Below, one piece after another: positions 21,070-30,831 of a DNA stretch of 64,000 nucleotides (its first letter is position 1; every line of letters begins with the position of its first letter). The notes under the pieces are model-generated. The model was not told the DNA's origin. It searched no databases and saw only the letters and a program-made list of their open reading frames with translations. The DNA is from Burkholderiales bacterium (GTDB taxonomy: Bacteria; Pseudomonadota; Gammaproteobacteria; Burkholderiales; Burkholderiaceae_C), in contig JBBRFW010000006.1 in NCBI GenBank assembly GCA_038241255.1, positions 91 through 64,090 on the forward strand, in the 5' to 3' direction. A program made the position numbers and the translations under genes.

Positions 21070-22404
21070 CTACAAGATATACCGCGAGAGGTCTTCGTTC
21101 TTCGCCAGGTCGGAGAGCTTCGCGTCGACGGCGGCGGCGTCGAGCCGCACGGTCTGGCCGGCGCGGTTCGGCGCGTCGAAGCTCACCTCGTCGAGCAGCC
21201 GCTCCATCACCGTCGAGAGGCGCCGCGCGCCGATGTTCTCGGTGCGCTCGTTGACGTCGAAGGCGATCTGGGCGATGCGCCGGATCGCGTCGCCCGCGAG
21301 CTCAAGTGTCACGCCTTCGGTCGCGAGCAGCAGCGTGTACTGCTTGACCAGGCTGGCGTGAGTCTGCGTCAAGATCGCCTCGAAATCGTCGACCGAGAGC
21401 GAGCCGAGCTCGACGCGGATCGGGAAGCGCCCCTGCAGCTCGGGAATGAGGTCGCTCGGCTTGCTGAGATGGAAGGCGCCCGAGGCGATGAACAGGATGT
21501 GATCGGTCTTGACCATCCCGTACTTGGTGTTGACGGTGGTGCCCTCGACGAGTGGCAAGAGGTCCCGCTGCACGCCCTGGCGCGAGACGTCGGCGCCCTG
21601 CGACTCCGAGCGCGACGTCACCTTGTCGATCTCGTCGATGAAGACGATGCCGTTCTGCTCGGCGTTGGCTAGCGCGCTCGCCTTGACCTCGTCGTCGTTG
21701 ACGAGCTTGGCGGCCTCCTCCTCGAGGATCAGCTTCTGCGCCTCGGCGACCTTCATCTTGCGCGATTTCCGCTTCGCGCCGCCAAGGTTGGCGAACATGC
21801 CGCGCAACTGCTCGGCCATCTCCTCCATGCCGGCCGGTCCCATGATCTCCATCGAGGGCTTCGCCTCGGCGACCTCGATCTCGATCTCGCGATCGGCGAG
21901 CAGGCCCTCGCGGAGGCGCTTCCTCATCACCTGGCGCGCCGTGTTGTCGGCCGAAGGCGAGGGCGCCAAGCCGAAGTCGCTGCGCGCGCCCGGCACGATG
22001 ACCTCGAGGATGCGTTCCTCGGCGGCGTCTTCGGCGCGCGTGCGCTGGCGCTTCATCGCCGTCTCTCGCTCCTGCGTGACGGCCATGTCGACCAGGTCGC
22101 GGATGATCGAGTCGACGTCCTTGCCGACGTAGCCGACCTCGGTGAACTTGGTCGCCTCGACCTTGATGAAGGGCGAATCGGCGAGGCGCGCCAGGCGGCG
22201 CGCGATCTCGGTCTTGCCGACGCCAGTCGGGCCGATCATGAGGATGTTCTTCGGTGTGAGCTCGCCTCGCATCGCCTCGTCGACCTGCTGGCGGCGCCAG
22301 CGGTTGCGCAGCGCGATCGCGACCGCGCGCTTGGCGCCCGACTGGCCAACGATGTGGCGGTCGAGCTCGGAGACGATCTCGCGCGGCGTCATGCTGGATT
22401 TCAT
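21070..22404 (-). CDS. hslU: HslUV protease ATPase subunit
   Basis: [50 protein letters not shown]. Confidence 0.98.
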   Translation of the reverse strand: MKSSMTPREIVSELDRHIVGQSGAKRAVAIALRNRWRRQQVDEAMRGELTPKNILMIGPTGVGKTEIARRLARLADSPFIKVEATKFTEVGYVGKDVDSIIRDLVDMAVTQERETAMKRQRTRAEDAAEERILEVIVPGARSDFGLAPSPSADNTARQVMRKRLREGLLADREIEIEVAEAKPSMEIMGPAGMEEMAEQLRGMFANLGGAKRKSRKMKVAEAQKLILEEEAAKLVNDDEVKASALANAEQNGIVFIDEIDKVTSRSESQGADVSRQGVQRDLLPLVEGTTVNTKYGMVKTDHILFIASGAFHLSKPSDLIPELQGRFPIRVELGSLSVDDFEAILTQTHASLVKQYTLLLATEGVTLELAGDAIRRIAQIAFDVNERTENIGARRLSTVMERLLDEVSFDAPNRAGQTVRLDAAAVDAKLSDLAKNEDLSRYIL

Positions 22405-22937
22405 TCCAGCGTCTCGATCGAATGGTGCTGGTTGGTGTAGATGCACAGGTCGGCGGCGATTTCGAGCGAGCGCTTGACGATGTCCTTGGGCGCCATTTCG
22501 GTGTGTTGGAGCAGGGCGCGCGCGGCGGCGCCGGCGAACGAGCCTCCGGAGCCGATCGCGACGATGCCGAATTCGGGCTCGAGCACGTCGCCGTTGCCGG
22601 TGATGATCAGCGACGACTCGTGATCGGCGACCGCGAGCATCGCCTCGAGCCGACGCAGGACGCGGTCGGTGCGCCAGTCCTTGGTGAGCTCGATCGCCGA
22701 GCGCACGAGGTGGCCCTGGTGCTTCTCGAGCTTGGCTTCGAAGCGCTCAAACAGCGTGAATGCATCGGCCGTCGCGCCGGCGAAGCCGGCGAGCACCTTG
22801 TCGTGGTGCAGGCGGCGCACCTTCCTGGCCGTCGCCTTGACGACGATGTTGCCAAGGGTCACCTGCCCGTCGCCGCCGAGCGCGACCGCGCCGCCGCGGC
22901 GCACGCTGACGATCGTCGTGCCGTGATAGGTGTCCAT
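22401..22937 (-). CDS. hslV: HslUV protease peptidase subunit
   Basis: [35 protein letters not shown]. Confidence 0.98.
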   Translation of the reverse strand: MDTYHGTTIVSVRRGGAVALGGDGQVTLGNIVVKATARKVRRLHHDKVLAGFAGATADAFTLFERFEAKLEKHQGHLVRSAIELTKDWRTDRVLRRLEAMLAVADHESSLIITGNGDVLEPEFGIVAIGSGGSFAGAAARALLQHTEMAPKDIVKRSLEIAADLCIYTNQHHSIETLE

Positions 22938-22944
22938 CGGGAGG

Positions 22945-22972
22945 AGATTGTGGCTCTCCCTTCGAAGTCAAG
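22945..22972 (-). promoter_or_regulatory. sigma32-like heat-shock promoter for hslVU
   Basis: CTTGAC-N13-CCACAATCT resembles CTTGAA-N13/14-CCCCATnT; it ends 7 nt before the ATG. Confidence 0.65.
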
Positions 22973-23000
22973 GCGGCGGCCGGCGGCCCGGACGGAGACG

Positions 23001-24722
23001 CTAGATCGTCCGGACCTTGACGTTGGCGTGCTCGTTGATCCCCATCGCGCCGAAGAAAAGCGCGACCATCCGGTGCGCATCGACGAAGCTCACGGTGCGG
23101 TTCTCGCTGCGCCGCGCCAGCACCCAGTTGAGCAGGTCGCCGGCGGCGATGAAGTCGACCCGGATCAGGCGCGCGCACGAGACGTTGACGATCCTGGCCG
23201 TGCCGAGCTCGCTGTCCATCTTCTTCAGCGTGGTGCCGATGTCGCCGATCAGCTGCCCCGAGAGCTCGACCGTGCCGACCTCGATCATCTGCGGCGCGTC
23301 CGTCAGCTGCGATTCCTGGAAGCTCGTCGAGACGTCGCTCACCACCGACAGCGGCGGCTGGGTCGTTCCCTGGTTGGAGCCGGTGATGCGGACGACGCAG
23401 CGCGCCGCTTCCCACGAAGGCGGCGAGACCTCGTAGGTGACGCAATAGTCGATCGCCGCCTCGTCGAAGTGATCGGGTCGGTTGGTCATGCGCAGCGCGT
23501 CGAGGCGGAGCTGCCAGTGCGCAGGGTCGGCGTCGCGCACCCCGGTCGGCGCTGCTTCCTGCAGCACCGCGAAGAGCCGCTCGCCCGACAGCCAACGCAT
23601 GTCGAGGTCCTGCGGCATCCAGCTTCGGAACAGCTCCGAGAGCCGCCCGCTCGCCTCCGCGTCGATTGTCTGCAGTACGCCCCAGTCGAACACCCACGGC
23701 AGCGGCATCTGCAGCGCCAGCGACGCGAGTCGGGCGACGCCGTCAGCGTCGAGATAGTTCGGGCAGACCCAGCCGACCTGGCCCTCGATGCGCGCGCGGC
23801 TCGGCCGCTCCTCGCTCGCCGCCTCGGCGACCAGCTTGGGCAGCGAGAACCACTGCGGCGCCGACCAGCCGAACTGCTGCGCGTAGTCGAGCGCGAGGCT
23901 TTCGAATTTGTGCTGCTGGCCGGTCGCACGGTAGAGGTCGAACAGGACGAGCCAGGTCTCCGCGTGCTGGGACCGGTTGCCGCCGAGGCCGGTCAGGCCG
24001 GCGAGGGCCTGCTCGCATTGCTCGAAGTCGGCGTTGGCGAAGGCGATCACCGCCTCGTCGAGGTCCGGGTCGTGGGTGACCTCCGTGTTGCCCGCCGAAA
24101 AGGCCTTGCCGAAGTCCTCGGCCTGCGGCATATCGAGGTGGATCGGCGCGACCGAGGCAGCGCGCGTCGCCGTTGGCGCCACCGGCGGCGCTACTGGCCT
24201 TACCGGCGCAGCGGCCGCAGCGACCGGCCGGGCCGGCTCCTCGACGCGGCCGCTCGGCGCGGCCGGAGCGGCCGGCCGCGCCGGCGCGAGGCCGAGCGGC
24301 GCCGGCTGCGTCGGTGCGTTGTAAAACTCGGGCGCGCGGCGTTGCGTGTTGGCGTAGCCATCGCCGACCATCTGCTGCTCGATCTCGTCGATCTTGGCCT
24401 TGACGCCCGCGTCCTGGCGCACCGGCTGATCCGAGATGCGCGGCTGCGAGTCGTCGATCCGCGACGAGCCGCCGAGCGCGGCGAGCTGCTCGCCCGAAAG
24501 GCCCTCGCGGCGCACCTTGCGCAGCATGTCGAACTCTCGCTTGCGAACGAAATCGTTGCGGCGCTTGCGCTCGATCATCGCCTTGAGCTCGCCCTTGGCG
24601 TAATCGTTCTCGCGCGATTCGTCGGTGGGCACGTCGAGCTCGGCCCATTCGGTCGCCGGATTGGCAACGAACTTGACCACCTTGCGAAAGAAGCTCGTCG
24701 TGTCTTTGGGTTCCGCTGCCAT
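23001..24722 (-). CDS. STAS domain-containing conserved protein
   Basis: IERKRRNDFVRKREFDMLRK; WLVLFDLYR; C-terminal RLIRVDFIAAGDLLNW STAS-like region. Confidence 0.85.
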   Translation of the reverse strand: MAAEPKDTTSFFRKVVKFVANPATEWAELDVPTDESRENDYAKGELKAMIERKRRNDFVRKREFDMLRKVRREGLSGEQLAALGGSSRIDDSQPRISDQPVRQDAGVKAKIDEIEQQMVGDGYANTQRRAPEFYNAPTQPAPLGLAPARPAAPAAPSGRVEEPARPVAAAAAPVRPVAPPVAPTATRAASVAPIHLDMPQAEDFGKAFSAGNTEVTHDPDLDEAVIAFANADFEQCEQALAGLTGLGGNRSQHAETWLVLFDLYRATGQQHKFESLALDYAQQFGWSAPQWFSLPKLVAEAASEERPSRARIEGQVGWVCPNYLDADGVARLASLALQMPLPWVFDWGVLQTIDAEASGRLSELFRSWMPQDLDMRWLSGERLFAVLQEAAPTGVRDADPAHWQLRLDALRMTNRPDHFDEAAIDYCVTYEVSPPSWEAARCVVRITGSNQGTTQPPLSVVSDVSTSFQESQLTDAPQMIEVGTVELSGQLIGDIGTTLKKMDSELGTARIVNVSCARLIRVDFIAAGDLLNWVLARRSENRTVSFVDAHRMVALFFGAMGINEHANVKVRTI

Positions 24723-24803
24723 CGAGAGTCCCTGAGCGGAGCGGTGGCCACCGGCTCGTGACCGACACGGGCGCGGGAGCGGTGCCCCGGCGCCCCGCGG
24801 CGG

Positions 24804-25865
24804 CTAGTCGCCGAACATCTTCTGCTTCAGCTCCCGCCGCTGCTGCGCTTCGAGCGACAGTGTAGCGGTGGGTCGGGCGATCAAGCGGCCCAGGCCGATG
24901 GGTTCGCCGGTTTCGTCACAGAATCCGTATTCGCCCGATTCGATGCGGCCGAGCGACTGCGAGATCTTCTTCAGGAGCTTCCTCTCGCGGTCGCGGGTGC
25001 GCAGCTCCAAGGCGTGCTCCTCTTCGATCGTGGCGCGGTCGGCCGGATCGGGGACGATCGACGTGTCCTCGCGCAGATGCTCGGTCGTCTCGCCGGCGTT
25101 GCTCAGCAGGTCGTCCTTGAGCGCCTGCAGTTTCATGCGGAAGAACTCGAGCTGCTTCTCGTTCATGTACTCGGACTCGGGCATCGCCATCAACTCTTCG
25201 TCGCTGAGATCGCGGCCCGCCTTGGTCTTCCAGGCGTTGGCCAGCTTGGGATCCGCTTTGTGCGCCTGGCGGGGAGTGTCGTGTTCTTGCTTGTTCATCT
25301 GTCGGGTCGGAGGCCTCGGCGGCGCAAACCGGTCGGCAAATCGTGAGGTCGGCGGGGGCAGCGGGGCTTGCACCGGGGCGACGAAATACTTGGGTGTACC
25401 CCGCCCGGGCTTGCGCGGCACGAAGCCGTTGGGCATGGCAATGGGCGCGCCCGCAGCGACGGCCGGAGCCGGCACGGCGACCTTCGCGAGGCCCGCGGTG
25501 GGCGGGGCGCTCGGCTTCGGTGAGGCGGTCTTCTTCGCGCTGGGCGCGGGCTTGGGGGCAGGGGCGAGCTTCGCTATGGGCACTGATGATTTCTTTGCGG
25601 ATGCCGGCGCGCCCTGCGACGCGCCTGGCTTGAGGGGCGCCGCGGACTTCGCCGGCGTGGGGGTCTTCTTCGCTGCCGGCGCCTTCTTGACGACGGCTTT
25701 CGCAGTCGGCGCATGCTTCTTCGCAACGACGGGTTTCTTCTTCGCCGCCGGCTTGCCTTTGACGGGCGTCGTGCGCTTGGGCGACGTCTTGCTAGCAGGA
25801 GCTCGCGATCGCGCTGACGGTGCGGCGACCTTCTTCGACGTCTTCTTGGCGACTGGTTTCTTCAC
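24804..25865 (-). CDS. dksA: RNA polymerase-binding protein DksA with long K/A/P-rich N-terminal extension
   Basis: YMNEKQLEFF, PDPADRATIEEE, RDRERKLLKKI, YGFCDETGEPIG..RL.ARP; AGGAGA RBS before GTG 25865. Confidence 0.95.
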   Translation of the reverse strand: MKKPVAKKTSKKVAAPSARSRAPASKTSPKRTTPVKGKPAAKKKPVVAKKHAPTAKAVVKKAPAAKKTPTPAKSAAPLKPGASQGAPASAKKSSVPIAKLAPAPKPAPSAKKTASPKPSAPPTAGLAKVAVPAPAVAAGAPIAMPNGFVPRKPGRGTPKYFVAPVQAPLPPPTSRFADRFAPPRPPTRQMNKQEHDTPRQAHKADPKLANAWKTKAGRDLSDEELMAMPESEYMNEKQLEFFRMKLQALKDDLLSNAGETTEHLREDTSIVPDPADRATIEEEHALELRTRDRERKLLKKISQSLGRIESGEYGFCDETGEPIGLGRLIARPTATLSLEAQQRRELKQKMFGD

Positions 25866-26032
25866 GGGTTCTCCTCGCAACGGCGGCGCGACCTTCTCCC
25901 GCAAGGCGCGTCGCGAAGGCGCGACCGTTTTCGACCGCCGCGGATTGTAGTCACGCCCGCCGCCGCCGCCGCAGGCTTCGTTGCGCATCGATCAGCGGCG
26001 TGATTTGGTCCCGGCGGCGAGGCGCCGGCCGA

Positions 26033-27091
26033 TCAGACCAGGCACTGCTCCAAGCCTTGCTTGAAGATGTCCTGCGGCAGGTCGATGCCGATGAAGACCA
26101 TCTTGCTGCCCTTCTTTTCGCCGGGCGCCCACTTCGGCCCGAGGTCGCTGCCCATCAGCTGGTGCACGCCCTGGAAGATGACCTTGCGGTCGGCGCCCTT
26201 CATGTTCAGCACCCCCTTGTAGCGCAGCATCTTGGGGCCGTAGACCTGGACGATGGCGCCAAGGAAGTCCTCAAGCTTGCCGGCGTCGAAGGCCTTGTCG
26301 GCGCGGAAGACAAACGACTTCACGTCGTCGTCGTGGGCGTGGTGGTGCGGGTGGTCGCAATGCTCGCCGTGCTCGTGCTCGTGGTCGTGGCCGGCGTGGT
26401 CGCGCTCGTGGCCGGGCGAGTGATCGTCGTCGTCGGACTTCAGGAAGTCGGGGTCGATGTCGAGCTTGGCATTGAGGTTGAAGCCCTTGAGGTCGAACAC
26501 GTCCTTCAGCGGCACGTCGCCGAAGTTGACCCGCGTCTGCGGCGCGCGCGGGTTCATGTGCTTGACCCGATGGATCAGCGCCTCGACCGTGCGGTCGTCG
26601 ACGAGGTCGGTCTTGCTGATGAAGATCTGGTCCGCGAAGCCGACCTGGCGGCGCGCCTCCTGGCGATCGTCGAGTTGTTGGTCGGCGTGCTTAGCGTCGA
26701 CGAGGGTAAGGATCGAATCGAGCAGGTAGGTCTCGGCGATCTCATCGTCCATGAAGAAGGTCTGCGCCACCGGGCCCGGGTCGGCCAAGCCGGTCGTCTC
26801 GATGACGACTCGGTCAAAGTCAATCTCGCCCTTTCTCTTCTTCTCGGCCAATTCGGCCAGGGTCGTGCGCAGGTCCTCGCGAATGGTGCAGCAGACGCAG
26901 CCGTTGTTGAGTTGGATGATCTGCTCCTTAGCGTCCTGGACGAGGATCTCGTTGTCGATGTTCTCCTCCCCGAATTCGTTCTCAATCACCGCGATCTTCT
27001 GGCCGTGCGCTTCAGTGAGCACTCGCTTCAAAAGGGTGGTCTTGCCTGAGCCGAGGAAGCCTGTGAGGATGGTGGCGGGGATCAGGCTCAT
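26033..27091 (-). CDS. COG0523/CobW family GTP-binding metallochaperone
   Basis: GFLGSGKTT, ENEFG, NGCVCC, ETTGLADP, His-rich insert, FQGVH, VFIG. Confidence 0.95.
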   Translation of the reverse strand: MSLIPATILTGFLGSGKTTLLKRVLTEAHGQKIAVIENEFGEENIDNEILVQDAKEQIIQLNNGCVCCTIREDLRTTLAELAEKKRKGEIDFDRVVIETTGLADPGPVAQTFFMDDEIAETYLLDSILTLVDAKHADQQLDDRQEARRQVGFADQIFISKTDLVDDRTVEALIHRVKHMNPRAPQTRVNFGDVPLKDVFDLKGFNLNAKLDIDPDFLKSDDDDHSPGHERDHAGHDHEHEHGEHCDHPHHHAHDDDVKSFVFRADKAFDAGKLEDFLGAIVQVYGPKMLRYKGVLNMKGADRKVIFQGVHQLMGSDLGPKWAPGEKKGSKMVFIGIDLPQDIFKQGLEQCLV

Positions 27092-27274
27092 GTCGGGGCA
27101 CCTCTGGTCGGGGTCGGGACAGCCGCAAGGAGGGCGGAAGAAAGGGACCGTGCCAGATTGGGCCACGAGCGCGTTCTTCAAGGTAGCAGGCCTGTCAAGG
27201 AGGGGCGCTTTGCCTTGCGGTAAGCTCCCCGCTCCGCTTTTCGGCCGCTCTTCATCCGGCCGCGCTCTGCCCCC

Positions 27275-28168
27275 ATGTCCGAATCTTCCGCCGCCCGCGC
27301 CCCGCGAGGCGCCGACAAGGCCACCGCCGGCGCGGAGAAGCGCCCGTTCCTCAGGAAGCTCCTCGACCTCGTCGCGCCCGGCCCGGATTCACGCGACCAG
27401 CTGATGGAGTCGCTCGCCGACGCCGAGCATAAGGAGCTGATCGAGCCCGAGTCGCGGATGATGCTCGAGGGCGTCATCCGCATGGCCGATATGACCGCTG
27501 GCGATGTCATGGTCGCAAGCCGCCACATGGACCTGCTCGACATCGACGCGCCATTCGAGGAAATGCTCCACCTCATCATCCACACCGGCCATTCGCGCTT
27601 TCCGGTGTTCGAGGAGCGGCGCGACAACGTTATCGGCATCCTGATGGCCAAGGACCTGCTCAAGTTGCAGCGCTCGCCCGACCTCAACCTGCGCACGCTG
27701 CTGCGGCCGGCGTTCTTCGTTCCCGAATCGAAGGCGCTCAACGACCTGCTGCGCGATTTCCGCACCAACCGAAACCACATCGCCATCGTCATCGACGAGT
27801 TCGGCCACACCGCCGGCCTGCTCACCCTCGAGGACGTGCTCGAGGAGATCGTTGGCGAGATCGAGGACGAGTTTGACGAGAACGACGCGGAGTCGAGCAT
27901 CTACACGCTCGCCGACGGCAGCCAGCGCGTCGCCGGCGACGCGACGCTCGCCGCCGTCAACGAATCGTTCGGGGTGGGGCTGCCGACCGACGAGTTCGAC
28001 ACCATCGGCGGCTTGGTCGCCCAAGAGCTCGGCCGCGTGCCGCGGCGCGGCGAGTCGGTGACGATCGGCGGCCTTATCTTCTCGGTGATGCTTGCGCGCG
28101 GCGGCGCCGTGCGCTGGTTCAAGGTGACCCGCGCCGCCGAAGAGGCGCTCGGGTCGGACGGCGCTTGA
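27275..28168 (+). CDS. corC: HlyC/CorC family CBS-domain protein
   Basis: HSRFPV, FVPESK, IDEFG...GLLTLEDVLEEIVGEIEDEFD, CorC C-domain; upstream of lnt. Confidence 0.92.
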   Translation: MSESSAARAPRGADKATAGAEKRPFLRKLLDLVAPGPDSRDQLMESLADAEHKELIEPESRMMLEGVIRMADMTAGDVMVASRHMDLLDIDAPFEEMLHLIIHTGHSRFPVFEERRDNVIGILMAKDLLKLQRSPDLNLRTLLRPAFFVPESKALNDLLRDFRTNRNHIAIVIDEFGHTAGLLTLEDVLEEIVGEIEDEFDENDAESSIYTLADGSQRVAGDATLAAVNESFGVGLPTDEFDTIGGLVAQELGRVPRRGESVTIGGLIFSVMLARGGAVRWFKVTRAAEEALGSDGA

Positions 28169-28271
28169 GCAGGCATGAATAGCCTGCTGCGCGTCCCGAT
28201 CTTGCGACTGCGATGCTCGCCGTGCTGACCGTACGGCTGCGCTTGTCGTCGCAACCTCGGGCGGCTCGCCG

Positions 28272-29825
28272 TTGGCTCTGCACGCCCTTCCGCTCGGCAA
28301 CCTTCGCTTGAGCGCGCGCCGAACCGGCGCCGAGATCGTCGGCTTCGCGACGCTTGGCGTGGTACAGACGGTCGCCTTCGTAGAAGGCGACTTGTGGCCG
28401 CTGCAGATGATCGCCGTCGCGCTGCTGGCGTGGCGCGTCGGCCGGACGACGCCGCGTCGGGCCGCCGCGCTGGGCTTCGTCTTCGGCGTCGGCTGGTTGT
28501 GCGCCGGCACCTGGTGGCTCTACGTCAGCATGCACCGCTACGGCGGGCTCGCCGCCGGGCTCGCCGCGCTCGCCGTGCTCGCGCTGGCGGCGTTCGTGTC
28601 GCTCTACCTTGCCGCGGCGATGGCGGTCGTCGCCTGGGCGCGGCCGGCCTCGCGGCTGCACGCCGCGCTCCTGTTCGCCGCTGCCTGGCTGCTCGCCGAG
28701 CTCGCGCGCGGGGTCATCCTGACCGGCTTTCCGTGGGTCGCGAGCGGCTACGCGCACGTCGACTCGCCGCTGGCGGGATTCGCGTCCACGCTCGGCGTCT
28801 ACGGCGTTGGCGCCGTCGCGGCCGGGCTCGCCGCCGGATTCGGCTTCGCCGATCCGCGTGCCGCCCGCGCCTGGCTCGCGCCCGGCGTCGCGCTCGTGCT
28901 CGCGCTCGCCGCCGGCGCCGCGCTCGGCCGCATCGACTACACCGCGCCGACACGGATGCTGACTGTCTCTCTGCTCCAGGGCAACGTGCCGCAGCAGGAA
29001 AAGTTCGTGTCGCAATACGTCGAGGGCAACCTCGAGGCGACCGCGGCGCAGCTGGCCGCGGCGCGCGGCGAGCTCGTCATCGGGCCGGAGACCGTGATCC
29101 CGGTGCTGCTGGGCGACCTCGACGACGCGTACTGGACGGCCCTGGCAAAGCGATTTCGGGTTCCCGGGCGGGCGGCGATCCTCGGCATCCCGATGGGTGA
29201 CCCCGAGCACGGCTACACCAATTCTGCGCTGGGCCTTTCCGTGGCGACGACGCCGATGCCGGGCGGCTACTATCGCTACGACAAGCACCACCTGGTGCCG
29301 TTCGGCGAGTTCGTCCCGCTGGGCTTTCACTGGTTTACGCGGATGATGGACATCCCGCTCGGCGACTTCAACCGCGGCCCGCTGACGGCGCCCTCGTTCG
29401 ACGTCGGTGGCGAGCGCGTCGCACCCAACATCTGCTACGAGGACCTGTTTGGCGAAGAGCTTGCCGCGCGCTTCGTTCCCGAGGCGAGCGCGCCAACGAT
29501 CCTCGCCAACCTGAGCAACATTGGCTGGTTCGGCAGGACGATCGCCGTCGAGCAGCACCTGCGCATCTCGCGCATGCGCTCGCTCGAGCTGCAACGGCCG
29601 ATGGTCCGCGCCACCAACACCGGCGCGACGGCGGTGATCGACCACCGCGGCGCGGTCACCCACGCCCTGCCGCCGTTTTCGGTCGGCATCCTCGAGGGCA
29701 CGGTCGAAGGCCGCCAGGGGCTGACGCCGTTCGCGTCGTGGGCCGGCCGCTTCGGCCTGTGGCCGCTGTGGGCGATCGGCATCGTCGTGCTGCTCCTCCT
29801 GCGGCGTCGCCGGGCCGACCCCTAA
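28272..29825 (+). CDS. lnt: apolipoprotein N-acyltransferase (start uncertain)
   Basis: WWLYVSMH, TGFPW, QGNVPQ, PET, YDKHHLVPFGE, ICYE, RATNTG. Confidence 0.96.
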   Translation: MALHALPLGNLRLSARRTGAEIVGFATLGVVQTVAFVEGDLWPLQMIAVALLAWRVGRTTPRRAAALGFVFGVGWLCAGTWWLYVSMHRYGGLAAGLAALAVLALAAFVSLYLAAAMAVVAWARPASRLHAALLFAAAWLLAELARGVILTGFPWVASGYAHVDSPLAGFASTLGVYGVGAVAAGLAAGFGFADPRAARAWLAPGVALVLALAAGAALGRIDYTAPTRMLTVSLLQGNVPQQEKFVSQYVEGNLEATAAQLAAARGELVIGPETVIPVLLGDLDDAYWTALAKRFRVPGRAAILGIPMGDPEHGYTNSALGLSVATTPMPGGYYRYDKHHLVPFGEFVPLGFHWFTRMMDIPLGDFNRGPLTAPSFDVGGERVAPNICYEDLFGEELAARFVPEASAPTILANLSNIGWFGRTIAVEQHLRISRMRSLELQRPMVRATNTGATAVIDHRGAVTHALPPFSVGILEGTVEGRQGLTPFASWAGRFGLWPLWAIGIVVLLLLRRRRADP

Positions 29826-29889
29826 AATCGTTCGATCGGCACCGCTGCATCCGCAGCCCTCGCCCTCTTGACGGCAACACCCAGGCGCG

Positions 29890-30831
29890 ATGCTCTCGTT
29901 CCAGCAAATCATCCTGCGCCTGCAGTCGTACTGGGCCGATCGCGGCTGCGCGCTGCTTCAGCCTTACGACATGGAAGTCGGCGCCGGCACGAGCCACACC
30001 GCGACCTTCCTGCGCGCGCTCGGGCCCGAGCCGTGGAAGGCGGCCTACGTGCAGCCGAGCCGAAGGCCGAAAGACGGCCGCTACGGCGAGAACCCGAATC
30101 GCCTGCAGCACTACTACCAGTACCAGGTCGTGCTCAAGCCCGCGCCGGCCGACATCCTCGATCTCTACCTCGGCTCGCTCGCCGCGCTCGGCTTCGACCT
30201 GACGACGAACGACGTCCGCTTCGTCGAGGACGATTGGGAGAACCCGACTCTCGGCGCCTGGGGCCTCGGCTGGGAGGTCTGGCTGAACGGCATGGAGGTG
30301 ACGCAGTTCACTTACTTCCAGCAGGTCGGCGGCATCGACTGCAAGCCCATCACGGGCGAGATCACCTACGGCCTCGAGCGGCTTGCGATGTATCTGCAGG
30401 GCGTCGACAACGTCTACAAGTTGCAGTGGACGGCCGGCCTCAGTTACGCCGACGTCTATCACCAAAACGAAGTCGAGCAGAGCATCTACAACTTTGAGAA
30501 GAGCGACGTCGAGTTCCTGCTCGCTGCTTTCGCCGCTCACGAGCGGCAGGCGACGGCGCTGATGGCCGAGTCGCTCGCCTTGCCCGCCTACGAACAGGTG
30601 CTCAGGGCCGCGCACAGTTTTAACCTGCTCGACGCGCGCGGCGCGATCAGCGTCACCGAGCGGGCGGCGTACATCGGCCGCATCCGCAACCTGGCACGCA
30701 GCGTCGCCCAGAGCTATCTCGAAAGCCGGGCGCGGCTTGGCTTTCCGCTGGCGCCGAAGGCGTGGGGCGACGAGGTCGCCGCGCAGCTCGCGGCGCGGCG
30801 CGCCGGCGCCGACGCGCGCCAGCCCGCCTGA
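29890..30831 (+). CDS. glyQ: glycine-tRNA ligase alpha subunit
   Basis: [33 protein letters not shown]. Confidence 0.98.
   Translation: MLSFQQIILRLQSYWADRGCALLQPYDMEVGAGTSHTATFLRALGPEPWKAAYVQPSRRPKDGRYGENPNRLQHYYQYQVVLKPAPADILDLYLGSLAALGFDLTTNDVRFVEDDWENPTLGAWGLGWEVWLNGMEVTQFTYFQQVGGIDCKPITGEITYGLERLAMYLQGVDNVYKLQWTAGLSYADVYHQNEVEQSIYNFEKSDVEFLLAAFAAHERQATALMAESLALPAYEQVLRAAHSFNLLDARGAISVTERAAYIGRIRNLARSVAQSYLESRARLGFPLAPKAWGDEVAAQLAARRAGADARQPA

Noticed and set aside
22422-24761. Long antisense or alternate-frame ORFs (e.g. 779 aa here, 28119-29912, 39023-40756, 58738-60603)
   Set aside because: R/A/G/P-rich shadow ORFs expected at about 70% GC opposite well-supported genes; no motifs
26330-26430. 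CGTGCT/CGTGGT short tandem repeats
   Set aside because: They encode the ordinary His-rich linker of the COG0523 protein; not a CRISPR or VNTR array
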